From NCBI GenBank assembly GCA_963668315.1, contig OY764216.1, forward strand, positions 1,152,001-1,216,000: a stretch of DNA of 64,000 bases, given 5' to 3'. Shown here piece after piece: positions 9,665 to 19,386 of the stretch (positions within the stretch are counted from its first letter, which is position 1; the number at the start of each line of letters is the position of its first letter). The translations under genes were made by a program, and so were the position numbers. The notes under the pieces were generated by a model that saw nothing but the letters and a program-made list of their open reading frames with translations, was not told the DNA's origin and did not search any database. Source of the stretch: Spirochaetia bacterium. GTDB taxonomy: Bacteria; Spirochaetota; Spirochaetia; DSM-2461.

Positions 9665-11089
9665 TTAAAACATATGGACCGATTCTAAAATCGAATTGTA
9701 ACGGTTGATCTCTCTTCCCCCGATCGGATCTGTGAAGACAAGGGAACCGTTATTATAATATTCCACACGAAAATCATAAAACCCCGGTTCCAGATAAAAT
9801 TCTCCCGTGTAGGCTCTGGCGGGAAAGAAATTGGAAACCCTGAGATCGGCGTTTTCCGTGGCATCCACCGCCACATCGGTGGCTACTCCCATGGCCAGTT
9901 TGAGGAGTTCTCCTCCCAGCCCGCCGACTTGATCATCGATGATGGAATTCGTCGCCGACTGCCCCACCTCTTTCGCCACTCCCTTCACAATAGCCCGGGT
10001 TACGGTTTTTCCGATGATGAGGGGAAGTTCATTGGCAAATGTCGTCTGGGCCACCAGTTCAATATCTTCGGTCAGTCCCAGTTCGCCGACGAGGGTATCG
10101 TTGGCATAAACCCGAATCCCGTCGATATCGATCCCCCTGTCGAACATTTTGGGAAACTGGAGCTTCATGTGGAATCCGTAGCTGAGTCCGGGAACGATCA
10201 TGCCGTTGATGTCGGAGATGCTCCTCAGGTAGTCCTCCTCCCCCTGATCCACGGTGGTGAAGAAGAGGGAGTTCGCCGATGAATCGACATAGTAGGTTAC
10301 GGATTTTTTTCCCGGGGACTGGCCTGTAAAGGCGAAGACGTTCACCGGGACTGCCGTTCCCCCGGCCGGACGGGCGTCGGGAGGAAGGCCCATGGGGAAG
10401 GGGTAGAGAAGAGGCTGGCTCAGATAGGACATATTAAAATAGTCCCTATCGATCCGGGCGTCATCGTAATCGCCCATGGCCCGGTAGAGAATCACTCCCA
10501 GGTATCGTGCCAGGGCATTGTTGTGGAACTCGTTGGTAATTTTTTTTACCTGAGCCTGGGTGTCCTCTCCGCTCCGGCTGTATTCATCATACATGGCGTC
10601 ATATTTATCCTGCAGGAAATCCATCTTGTTGTTCAGTCTTCTGACTTCCACCAGGGCGCTTTCCGGATCTTCCAGGGCTGCGTAGTTGAGGGCTTTGAAT
10701 ACATTGATATAGAGATCTTCATAAATCTCTCCATCATAGTCTTTCGCGTTATCGTTCAAGACCGCCGATCCTATGGATTTGGAAATACTGTTGGTATAGA
10801 GTTCCTCCATGGCGAACTCCGCTTCACTCAGGGCCGTATTGCTCTCTTCGTAGCGGCCGGCGTAGTGATAAAGCATACCCACGTCCAGATAGTAGAGCAC
10901 CCGCTCTTTCTCTTTATAGACCGTTCCCTTTGCTTCTTCAATGACAGCCGCCGCGGCATCGAAATTTCTCTGTTTGACATAGGCTTCCGATTCTACATAC
11001 TGCGTCTGTGTCGTCATTGTGCTGGCGCAGGACATCAGCATGAGAATAACGGCCCCCGCCGGAAGAATCTTTCGGCCAGCTTTTACCAT
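9665..11089 (-). CDS. COG3014-like TPR-type lipoprotein
   Basis: Lipobox LMSC; LDVGMLYH, Y.GE.YE...IN.FKALNY, ALVEVRR and ADLR motifs; start overlaps the lpoB stop. Confidence 0.72.
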   Translation of the reverse strand: MVKAGRKILPAGAVILMLMSCASTMTTQTQYVESEAYVKQRNFDAAAAVIEEAKGTVYKEKERVLYYLDVGMLYHYAGRYEESNTALSEAEFAMEELYTNSISKSIGSAVLNDNAKDYDGEIYEDLYINVFKALNYAALEDPESALVEVRRLNNKMDFLQDKYDAMYDEYSRSGEDTQAQVKKITNEFHNNALARYLGVILYRAMGDYDDARIDRDYFNMSYLSQPLLYPFPMGLPPDARPAGGTAVPVNVFAFTGQSPGKKSVTYYVDSSANSLFFTTVDQGEEDYLRSISDINGMIVPGLSYGFHMKLQFPKMFDRGIDIDGIRVYANDTLVGELGLTEDIELVAQTTFANELPLIIGKTVTRAIVKGVAKEVGQSATNSIIDDQVGGLGGELLKLAMGVATDVAVDATENADLRVSNFFPARAYTGEFYLEPGFYDFRVEYYNNGSLVFTDPIGGREINRYNSILESVHMF

Positions 11090-11691
11090 GAGTTCTTCGC
11101 CCGCTCTATAAACTTCTTGATATCCTTGGAATCGATCCATACCTTCTCATTGCTCTCTATGTCTATCAATTCCATATCAACCGTATAGAGGACGACTTTC
11201 TTTCCCTCCGCCTGATCGGTCTGGGTGGTGAAAACGCCGGTAAGCATGTAATCGGCTCCCGTTTCGGCCGCCAGGGCCGCCATGGTCTCCTCGGTGGCAT
11301 TCCCCTGCTGGTCCAGTTTCTCTTCCCGGAGCTGCAGTCTCTCTTCCGAACTGGCGACAAAGGAAACCTCGCCGCTGTTGACCAGTTCTCTTTCAATATC
11401 CTTTGTGAAAGTCCTTGTCTCGATGTGTTCGGAACTTCTATTGCTGATGTATCCGACGATGACAACAGGATCGCGTCCTTCCTCATCGCGGAACCTTCCC
11501 AGCCATCGGCTGTTCAGGAGGCTGTCTATCATTGTTTCCGCTACCAGACGGGAATCCGTATCATTCCAGCGGCCGCTCAGATCCACCACTTCATCGGTGG
11601 CTATACGGCTTACGGAGGTGCTGGTTGTGGCACAGCTTCCCAGAAGGGCGGTTATCATTATAATCAGTAGTGGCAGGGTTCTGCTATTCAT
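11083..11691 (-). CDS. lpoB: Penicillin-binding protein activator LpoB-like lipoprotein
   Basis: Lipobox LGSC; DLSGRWNDTD, NRSSEHI, GADYML and EKVW motifs; GAGGAG RBS. Confidence 0.75.
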   Translation of the reverse strand: MNSRTLPLLIIMITALLGSCATTSTSVSRIATDEVVDLSGRWNDTDSRLVAETMIDSLLNSRWLGRFRDEEGRDPVVIVGYISNRSSEHIETRTFTKDIERELVNSGEVSFVASSEERLQLREEKLDQQGNATEETMAALAAETGADYMLTGVFTTQTDQAEGKKVVLYTVDMELIDIESNEKVWIDSKDIKKFIERAKNSW

Positions 11692-11837
11692 GGCTCGACT
11701 CCTCATTTTTTTGGGCATAATTCTACTTCTATTCTACATCATTAATGTAACAATTGCTAAAGCCATTTCTGTTCAAACTTCTTTTTTTTAAAAAAAGTCC
11801 CCTTGCTATAGGTATTTTTCCCGTTTAGAATATGTCC

Positions 11838-12857
11838 ATGACCATAGAGGGAAAAGAGTATAGAACCGTCTGGTTCGAGGAAGGGGCTGTCTGTTTGTTA
11901 AATCAGCCTCTCCTGCCCCATAAAGTCGAGGTGGTCCGCTATACCGATTACCGCGAGGTAGCGGCCGCGATCGGCCATATGGTCGTCCGCGGAGCTCCGG
12001 CTATCGGGGCGACGGGAGCCTACGCCATGGCTCTGGCCGCGGAAAAAGGGGTAGATATCGAGGAAGCCGCCCGGACCATCGGCCGGTCGCGCCCGACAGC
12101 ACAGGATCTGTTTTACGGGATAGAGCGAGTTCTCGCCGCGGTCAAAGGGGGGCAGAATGCTCTGGACGAGGCGGAACGCATTGCCGAAGAGTATGTCTCG
12201 GCTTGCGAAAGGATCGGGGAATACGGTGCTGAACTGATACGGGACGGTATGAGGCTGAACACCCACTGCAATGCCGGATGGCTGGCTACCGTGGACTGGG
12301 GAACCGCTCTGGCCCCCATATTTAAAGCGGCCCGTCAGGGGAAAGAGCTGTATGTATACGTGGACGAAACCCGGCCGAGATGTCAGGGCAGCCGCCTTAC
12401 CGCTTTCGAGCTGGTCCAGGAGGGAATCCCCCATGCGGTTATCGCCGATAACGCGGCGGGGTATTTCATGGCCCGCGGGGAGATTGATATGGTTATCGTG
12501 GGAAGCGACAGAATCGCCGCCAACGGGGATATCGCCAATAAGGTAGGCACCTATACCAGCGCTCTCGCGGCACGGGCCAACGGAATCCCCTTTTATGTGG
12601 CAGCCCCGTTTGCCACGATTGACGGGAACTGCTCCTGCGGCGGTGAGATTCCCATCGAAGAGAGAAGCGGTGATGAGGTCGCCTATGCGACGGGACTCTC
12701 CGAAAGGAGCGGTAGTGTTGAACGGGTGAGAATCGCTCCCCGGGGCAGTTCATTCCGCAATCCCGCCTTTGATGTGACTCCCGCGGAACTGATTACAGGG
12801 ATCATTACGGAAAAAGGGGTTATCAGCCCCAAGGATATCGGACGGCATATTTCATGA
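11838..12857 (+). CDS. mtnA: S-methyl-5-thioribose-1-phosphate isomerase
   Basis: VRGAPAIG, SRPTA, THCNAG, DETRP..QG.RLT, ANKVGTY and NPAFDVTP motifs; start 11838 or 11832. Confidence 0.93.
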   Translation: MTIEGKEYRTVWFEEGAVCLLNQPLLPHKVEVVRYTDYREVAAAIGHMVVRGAPAIGATGAYAMALAAEKGVDIEEAARTIGRSRPTAQDLFYGIERVLAAVKGGQNALDEAERIAEEYVSACERIGEYGAELIRDGMRLNTHCNAGWLATVDWGTALAPIFKAARQGKELYVYVDETRPRCQGSRLTAFELVQEGIPHAVIADNAAGYFMARGEIDMVIVGSDRIAANGDIANKVGTYTSALAARANGIPFYVAAPFATIDGNCSCGGEIPIEERSGDEVAYATGLSERSGSVERVRIAPRGSSFRNPAFDVTPAELITGIITEKGVISPKDIGRHIS

Positions 12858-13651
12858 AGATACTGTTTATTGGAGACATTGTGGGAAAGGGAGGAATCTT
12901 TACCGTTAAGAACCTTCTGCCTGCTTTGAAGAAAGAGAAGGGCATTGATTTTACCATCGCCCACTGTAACGGAACAACCGGCGGTTTCGGTATGGGACGG
13001 AATCATGCCGTCTACCTGCATAAGCTGGATGTAAACTGCATGACATCGGGAGAGTGCGTTTATTACAAGAAGGATATCGTGCCCTTCATCGGAAAGTCGT
13101 TCTTTCTTTTGAAGCCGGCGAATCTCCCGACGGGAACTCCCGGGCGGGGATGGTCCTTTTTCAGCGTGGGCGGCAGGAAGCTTGCCGTCATATCCATGCT
13201 GGGACAGAACGGCTACAACAAGATGCACACGAACAATCCCTTTACCTATATTCCTGATCTTATTGAGAGGATCAATCAGCAGACCCCGCTGGTCATATTC
13301 AATTTCAACGCCCTGACCACGGCGGAGAAACAGACCATGTTTCAGCTCATGGACGGAAAAATCGGCGCCGTGATAGGCTCGGGGTCACGCGCCCTGACGG
13401 CCGACGGGGGCGTGAGCGGGAAGGGAACGGCTTTTATTACCGATGCGGGCCGTACGGGAAGCCTGCTCTCCGTCGCCGGACTTGACCGGGAGATCGAGAT
13501 TCGCAAGCAGCTGACACAGATTCCCGAAAGGTCCGTTGATTCAACTGCCTCCCTTGAGCTTCAGGGCGTGGTGATTGAGCTTGACGATGATACGGGGAAA
13601 GCATTATCTTTAGAAACACTGCGCATTCCATGCGAGGAGGAGATGTCATGA
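12854..13651 (+). CDS. YmdB-family metallophosphoesterase homolog with degenerate active site
   Basis: MKILFIGDIVG, PAN.P..TPG.G and GTAFITD.G.TG scaffold; most metal ligands replaced. Confidence 0.8.
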   Translation: MKILFIGDIVGKGGIFTVKNLLPALKKEKGIDFTIAHCNGTTGGFGMGRNHAVYLHKLDVNCMTSGECVYYKKDIVPFIGKSFFLLKPANLPTGTPGRGWSFFSVGGRKLAVISMLGQNGYNKMHTNNPFTYIPDLIERINQQTPLVIFNFNALTTAEKQTMFQLMDGKIGAVIGSGSRALTADGGVSGKGTAFITDAGRTGSLLSVAGLDREIEIRKQLTQIPERSVDSTASLELQGVVIELDDDTGKALSLETLRIPCEEEMS

Positions 13652-14115
13652 TAAATTTTGCCCGGGTCGTTGAGTTAGGTGAAGACGGCCTGGTTTATGC
13701 ACGTTATATGAAACCGATGAGTCCCAAGGCCGCCACGTCCCGGAAGTTCTGGAAAGTGAAAGAGAGGTCTTTCCCCGTGGAGAATCCCAACGGGGACAGC
13801 GTGAAGATAGGCGATTACGTGGAGATAAGCATCAAGACAGGGCTGACCATCGGAGCCGCTTTCCTGGTTTTTATGGTTCCCCTTATACTTTTCGCCGCTT
13901 TTTACGGTATTGCCGGTTCCTTCTGGGAAGGTGAAGGTCTCCGCGCCCTGGCCGGTCTGGCCGGCCTGGCCCTGGGGCTTGTCCTTCCCGCCTTCATTAA
14001 TCTGCTGAAGAAGGAGAAGAACTATCCCCGGCTGGAAAAGGTGCTGACTCCGGAGCAGCTGAGGGAGAAGGTCGCCTGCGAGACCGACTGCGCCTCCTGC
14101 GGCGGATGCGGTTAA
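13648..14115 (+). CDS. RseC/MucC-like membrane protein
   Basis: N....KIGDYVEI followed by AAFLVFMVPL and two TM helices; Cys-rich C-terminus. Confidence 0.65.
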   Translation: MINFARVVELGEDGLVYARYMKPMSPKAATSRKFWKVKERSFPVENPNGDSVKIGDYVEISIKTGLTIGAAFLVFMVPLILFAAFYGIAGSFWEGEGLRALAGLAGLALGLVLPAFINLLKKEKNYPRLEKVLTPEQLREKVACETDCASCGGCG

Positions 14116-15239
14116 CAACGGGCCAGTTCGTTTAGTCTCCTTGCCATATTGTTCAGGGAGACTACCTCACAGATATTATTGTTTTCTATGGCAACCCGGG
14201 GCATTCCGAACACAACGGAGGACGCTTCGTCCTGGGCCAGGGTTATGCCTCCGCTCTTATAAATCCCCCCGATTTCTGCGGCTCCGTCACGGCCCATCCC
14301 CGTCATAATGACGGCTATACAGTTGCCCCCGTAATTTTTCGCCACCGACTCGAAGAGGACGCCCGCCGAAGGCTTGTGACCGTTTTGAGGCGGCGCATCG
14401 GACAGGGAAACGATCGAGGCCAGTTTTCTTTTCTCCACTTCCACATGCTTGTCGCCCGGAGCGATGAGGATCCTGCCCGGTTTGAGAATGTCCCCGTGCT
14501 GGGCTTCCTTGACTTCCAGGGGGGAAATCTTATTAAGGCTGTTGGCAAACTCCTTCGTGAAGCCGACCGGCATATGCTGGACGACGACGATGGGGAGGTT
14601 CATACGGGGGGAGATCTGGGCAAACACCTGGCGGAGAGCATTCGGCCCTCCCGTAGATATTCCCAGGGCTATCAGCTCGGGTGTTCCCCTAACGGAGGAC
14701 ATGTCTCTGACACCTTCCGTCCCGTCTGCTTTTTTTTCCGGTTCCCTGACAGGAAAAGACGTGGATGAGATGGTCTCGTGGACGGGAAGGGGTTTTGTTT
14801 CCCTCACGGGAATATGGCCCACCCGCTTACGGTAATTCTTGCCGTAAGCCTTCAGGAGAGTTATTAACTGGGTTCCGATTTCCCGGAGTTCATCCGGGCC
14901 GTTTCCCTGGGGTTTCGTGATAAAGTCGGATGCTCCGTGCGACAGGGCTTCCATGGTGACCGCCGCACCTTCCTTGGCATGGGCCGAGAGGACGATAACC
15001 GGAATATCCACTTCTTCCTCTTCGCGCCATTTGAGAAATTCAATGCCGTTCATCTCCGGCATCTCCAGGTCTGTGACGATCACTTCGGGCATGAGCATGG
15101 GGATTTTCTGGGTGGCGAAGCGGCCGTTCATGGCAACGCCGACCACTTCCAGTTCCTCATCACTGGAAATTATTTTTTTGAGCATATTCCTCATCAGGGC
15201 GGAATCATCTACCACCAGAACTGACAGGGGTTTGGACAT
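14112..15239 (-). CDS. cheB: Chemotaxis protein-glutamate methylesterase
   Basis: Receiver domain plus GISTGGP, VQHMP and MTGMGRDGA. Confidence 0.95.
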   Translation of the reverse strand: MSKPLSVLVVDDSALMRNMLKKIISSDEELEVVGVAMNGRFATQKIPMLMPEVIVTDLEMPEMNGIEFLKWREEEEVDIPVIVLSAHAKEGAAVTMEALSHGASDFITKPQGNGPDELREIGTQLITLLKAYGKNYRKRVGHIPVRETKPLPVHETISSTSFPVREPEKKADGTEGVRDMSSVRGTPELIALGISTGGPNALRQVFAQISPRMNLPIVVVQHMPVGFTKEFANSLNKISPLEVKEAQHGDILKPGRILIAPGDKHVEVEKRKLASIVSLSDAPPQNGHKPSAGVLFESVAKNYGGNCIAVIMTGMGRDGAAEIGGIYKSGGITLAQDEASSVVFGMPRVAIENNNICEVVSLNNMARRLNELARC

Positions 15240-15251
15240 CTATCTTCCTTC

Positions 15252-16073
15252 CTATTTAAGCATTTTGCCGTAGAGGCAAGCCCAATCAGTCTTAATGAAT
15301 TTAAACTGAGTGTCCATCCCGAAAAGGGATTCGGAGTGGCCGATAAAGAGATAGGAGTGTTCCGTCATGACTTTCCAGAACTGATCTACCACATTCTTCT
15401 GGGCGGCTTCGTCGAAATAAATAAGCACATTTCGGCAAAAAACGCAATCCACGTTTCTCTGTCCGCTGTCGTATTTGAGATTGTGATAATCGAAACGTAT
15501 ATGTTTTTTCAAATCATCGATGACCGTATAGTTCTCACCCTGCTTGGTAAAATACTTCTTCAGGTACTGTTCGGGTACATTTCTTACCATATTGGTATTG
15601 TAGGTTCCCATTTGCGCCTTCATAAGAGATTTAAGGCTGAGGTCTGAGGCTATTATGGTAAAGTCATAACCGGGAGGAAGATATTCCTTCAGCACCATGG
15701 CGTTGGTATAGGGCTCTTCTCCCGTTGAACAGCCGGCGCTCCAGAATATCAGTTTTTTTTCCAGGCCGTTTGCTTTTTTGTATTCGACAAGGTCGGGTAT
15801 GACATAATTGATAAAGGCATCATAATGGGCCTGATTCCTGAAAAAACGGGTCAGGTTCGTCGTTATGGAATCCAGGAAATTCCTTGTTTCTCCTTCGTCT
15901 TTTTTCAGCATATCGAAGTATTCACGCGGGGTCTCAATCTGATGCTGTCTTAGTCTTTCCTTCAGACGGCTTTCGAGAATGGAGCGGTTGGAATCGGAGA
16001 AACTTATTCCGCTCTGCTCATATATGTAATCCCTGTAGAGAGAGAACATGGTGTTATCAAAAAAATCTGCCAT
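15252..16073 (-). CDS. cheR: Chemotaxis methyltransferase
   Basis: TTNLTRFFR, WSAGCSTGEEPY, FCRNVLIYFD and GHSESL. Confidence 0.95.
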   Translation of the reverse strand: MADFFDNTMFSLYRDYIYEQSGISFSDSNRSILESRLKERLRQHQIETPREYFDMLKKDEGETRNFLDSITTNLTRFFRNQAHYDAFINYVIPDLVEYKKANGLEKKLIFWSAGCSTGEEPYTNAMVLKEYLPPGYDFTIIASDLSLKSLMKAQMGTYNTNMVRNVPEQYLKKYFTKQGENYTVIDDLKKHIRFDYHNLKYDSGQRNVDCVFCRNVLIYFDEAAQKNVVDQFWKVMTEHSYLFIGHSESLFGMDTQFKFIKTDWACLYGKMLK

Positions 16074-16182
16074 CCCTTCTTTCCTTAATAGTTATTTGCG
16101 GGTTGATTTTTCGCATTATTGATCTGTATATAAATTGTAATGTCTTCCATAGGGCCGTGTCAAATCTATTTTTGCAGGGGAA

Positions 16183-16947
16183 TTAAGAAAAACGGGAGAG
16201 AATCTTCTCAAGTGAGAGATCACCGCCGAAGATATCAAGGGCGGACCCGACCGTGAAATCGATATTTCCCTTCCCTATGGCACTGATTTTTTCTATATCT
16301 TCCAGAGAGCCTATACCGCCCGCATAGGTGACGGGGAGGTTGCCTTCCCGGGCCAGAAGCGCCACTAGATCTTCCTCTATGCCGCATCTTGTTCCTTCCA
16401 CATCCACGCCGTGAATGAGAAACTCATCGCAGAAGGAGGTCAGTTCGCCCATACCTTCCGGTGTCAGGGCGAAATCGGTAAAAGTCTGCCAGCGATCGGT
16501 CACGACAACCCATTTGTCCTCTTTTTTCCGGCAGCTCAGATCAATCACCAGGCGTTCCTTTCCGGTCAGACGGCTGAAGTCTTCCAGCTCTTTCCAGTCC
16601 AGCCGCCCGTCGCGGAACAGCGCGGACGTTACTATCACGTGGGAGGCGCCGGCCTCCAGCCAGTCCAGGGCATTGTCACGGGTTATGCCCCCCCCTATCT
16701 GTAGTCCGCCGGGCCAGGCTTCCAAGGCTTTCCGGGCCTGGGCGTCGTTACCCGGGCCCAGCTTGATGACGTGCCCCCCGGTGAGATTTTTTTCTTTATA
16801 GAGAGAAGCGTACCAGGAAGCGTCCTTGTCGGAGACGAAGTTCTCCCTCGCCGAACCGGACTCCCCCTCAGAACCGTCCTGGAGAGTGCCTCCCACGATC
16901 TGTTTGACGCGGCCTCCGTGGAGGTCTATACAGGGTCTGAATTTCAT
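16183..16947 (-). CDS. hisA: ProFAR isomerase, His6/eukaryote-like subtype
   Basis: FRPCIDLHGGRVKQIVG, GGHVI.LG, DLSCR and YAGG motifs. Confidence 0.88.
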   Translation of the reverse strand: MKFRPCIDLHGGRVKQIVGGTLQDGSEGESGSARENFVSDKDASWYASLYKEKNLTGGHVIKLGPGNDAQARKALEAWPGGLQIGGGITRDNALDWLEAGASHVIVTSALFRDGRLDWKELEDFSRLTGKERLVIDLSCRKKEDKWVVVTDRWQTFTDFALTPEGMGELTSFCDEFLIHGVDVEGTRCGIEEDLVALLAREGNLPVTYAGGIGSLEDIEKISAIGKGNIDFTVGSALDIFGGDLSLEKILSRFS

Positions 16948-17050
16948 GAACCCATTATAGCCTATTTCGATTTTTTGAAAAGAGGATGCGGGGGGGCGGG
17001 AGAAGAATATTTCATGTGACTTACGCTCTAAAGTATGTTATGCTTGAACC

Positions 17051-18802
17051 ATGATATCGACAATTAATAATCTGTTGTTTCAGGCCATTGAAAAGTATTT
17101 CGATCGAAAGGCTTTCTCCCATTACGGAGAAGATAAGGACATAACCTACCTGGAACTGGGGCAATCGGTTCGGAGGATAGGACGCTGGCTTCTCTCTCAG
17201 GGAATCAAACCCGGGGATAAGGTGGCCCTCCTGGCCGAAAGTTCCCTGTATTGGCCTCAGGTGTATTTCTCCGTTACGACGATGGGAGCCGTCCTGGTTC
17301 CCATCCTGCCCGACTTTCAGGGGGAGGAAATTCAGAAGATTCTGGACCATTCGGAGGCGAAGCTGATTTTTCTGTCAGCCTCCCAGAAGAAGAAAATGGA
17401 TGCCTTCGGACTCACCATGCCTTCGATTCTTCTGGATGATCTGGACGAACTTGAGGGGAAAAGCGGCCAGCAGAAAGAGCTGGACCGGCATCTGGACGAG
17501 GCGCGCCTGGCCGTGAGGGAGGATACCCTTGCCGCTATTCTTTACACGTCAGGAACGACTGGACACTCCAAGGGGGTCATGCTTACCCACAGGAACTTCA
17601 CGACCAATGCCATGGCCTCTTCCCATATCCCCAAGCCTAAACTGAAACCGGGCCATGAATGGCTCTCCCTCCTGCCTCTGGCCCATACTTTCGAGTGTAC
17701 CATCGGCATGCTTATCAACGTTTATACAGGGGGGCATACCTACTATCTGGGCAGGCCTCCGGTCCCCAGCCTTATTCTGAAAGCCCTCAAGAAAATACGT
17801 CCCAAGGTGATACTCTCCGTTCCGCTGCTAATCGAGAAGATTTATGCCTCTTCCATCAAGCCGGTCGTGACAAAGGGTTTTCTCGGGTCGCTGTATAAAA
17901 TCCCCCCCCTGAAAAGGCCCATACACTGGCTGGCAGGAAGGAAGCTTTACCGGACATTCGGGGGAAGGCTCATTTTCTTCGGTATCGGGGGTGCTCCCCT
18001 TTCCGCCGAGGTGGAAAGATTTCTCCGTGACGCCCGTTTTCCCTATTCCATCGGATACGGACTGACGGAGACGAGCCCCCTTCTGGCGGGAAGCCCCCCT
18101 CTCAGAGGAGCCTACCGTTCGACCGGTAAAGTTCTCCGGGACGTGGAAATCCGCATTGCCGGGGAAGGGGAGATTCAGGCCAGGGGACCCAATGTGATGA
18201 AAGGGTACTACAAAAATGACGAGATGACCGCCGAAGTCATGACCGAGGACGGCTGGTTCCGCACCGGAGACATTGGGTATTTCGACAGACGGGGCAATCT
18301 TTTTATAAAAGGGCGCATTAAGAATGTCATCCTGGGAGCCAACGGGGAGAATATTTATCCCGAATCTATTGAATCGGTTATAAATGCGGAGCCCTTTGTG
18401 GAGGAGTCCCTCGTCCTGGAGGAAGGCAACGGTCTTACCGCCCTGGTTAATTTCAACTATGAGAAGATCATAGAGGAGCTTCAGCGGCTCCGGTATCATA
18501 TGGAGCATAAAGAGGAAACCAGGGAGTTTCATGTCGAAGAGGACAAAAAAGGGTGGATTCCCTCGCCTGAGGATATCAGGCAGTTCATCGAGAAGTACAC
18601 GGGGAATCTGACGAACACCGTGAACAAGCGGCTGAATGTTTTTTCCCGGATTTCCCATATGAGGGAGGAGAAGGAGCCCTTTATCAGAACTCCCACGAAA
18701 AAGATCAAGCGTTTCCTTTACGACCATATGGGCCGGAAGGAAGGGACCGAAGATACGCAGGACGGAAAGGATAGGGAGGATGCGTCCCGGGAGGACTCCT
18801 GA
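17051..18802 (+). CDS. Long-chain fatty acid--CoA ligase (AMP-binding)
   Basis: YTSGTTGHSKGV, GYGLTET and GWFRTGDIG. Confidence 0.88.
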   Translation: MISTINNLLFQAIEKYFDRKAFSHYGEDKDITYLELGQSVRRIGRWLLSQGIKPGDKVALLAESSLYWPQVYFSVTTMGAVLVPILPDFQGEEIQKILDHSEAKLIFLSASQKKKMDAFGLTMPSILLDDLDELEGKSGQQKELDRHLDEARLAVREDTLAAILYTSGTTGHSKGVMLTHRNFTTNAMASSHIPKPKLKPGHEWLSLLPLAHTFECTIGMLINVYTGGHTYYLGRPPVPSLILKALKKIRPKVILSVPLLIEKIYASSIKPVVTKGFLGSLYKIPPLKRPIHWLAGRKLYRTFGGRLIFFGIGGAPLSAEVERFLRDARFPYSIGYGLTETSPLLAGSPPLRGAYRSTGKVLRDVEIRIAGEGEIQARGPNVMKGYYKNDEMTAEVMTEDGWFRTGDIGYFDRRGNLFIKGRIKNVILGANGENIYPESIESVINAEPFVEESLVLEEGNGLTALVNFNYEKIIEELQRLRYHMEHKEETREFHVEEDKKGWIPSPEDIRQFIEKYTGNLTNTVNKRLNVFSRISHMREEKEPFIRTPTKKIKRFLYDHMGRKEGTEDTQDGKDREDASREDS

Positions 18803-18895
18803 TAGGGCAAATCCCGGACGATTGAAAGCTCCTCACTTGATCAAGGAAGAAAAATAGCCGATTATAATGATAGTCAGGAAGGAAAGGAGATAAAT

Positions 18896-19345
18896 ATGGC
18901 TCTCTTGGAAAGAATCGAGGAAAGTGTTATTAAGGTGCCTCTGGAATCGACGACAAAGCACGATGTTATCAGAGAACTGGTTCTCCTTCTCAAGGATGCC
19001 GGGAAAATAGATGATGCCGATTCCATCGTGGAGGCCGTAGAGTCAAGGGAAGTCCTCTGCAGTACCGGACTGGACCGGGGCATTGCCGTTCCCCATGCCA
19101 AAACCGATGCCGTACCCGATCTGACCATTGCCATCGGAATCTCTCCCGACGGGGTGGATTACGAAGCTCTTGACGGAGAGCCGTCGAAAATCTTCTTTCT
19201 GATCCTTGCTCCCCCCGACCAGTCGGGCCCCCATGTTCAGGCCCTCTCTGAAATCGCGAAAACCACCCAGTCCTCCGTTCTGGTGAGGATGCTTCTGGCG
19301 GCCAAATCTCCCGCGGAAGTAGTGGAACTCTTTATGGATGAGTAA
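18896..19345 (+). CDS. PTS IIA (fructose/nitrogen-type) domain protein
   Basis: RE...STG....IAVPHAK phospho-His motif. Confidence 0.88.
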   Translation: MALLERIEESVIKVPLESTTKHDVIRELVLLLKDAGKIDDADSIVEAVESREVLCSTGLDRGIAVPHAKTDAVPDLTIAIGISPDGVDYEALDGEPSKIFFLILAPPDQSGPHVQALSEIAKTTQSSVLVRMLLAAKSPAEVVELFMDE

Positions 19346-19353
19346 AAATTGGC

Positions 19354-19379
19354 TCCTTCTCCCCACGGGGGGAGAAGGA
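19354..19379. terminator. Probable bidirectional terminator hairpin between convergent genes
   Basis: TCCTTCTCCCC-ACGG-GGGGAGAAGGA, perfect 11-bp stem. Confidence 0.7.
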
Positions 19380-19386
19380 AACCATC

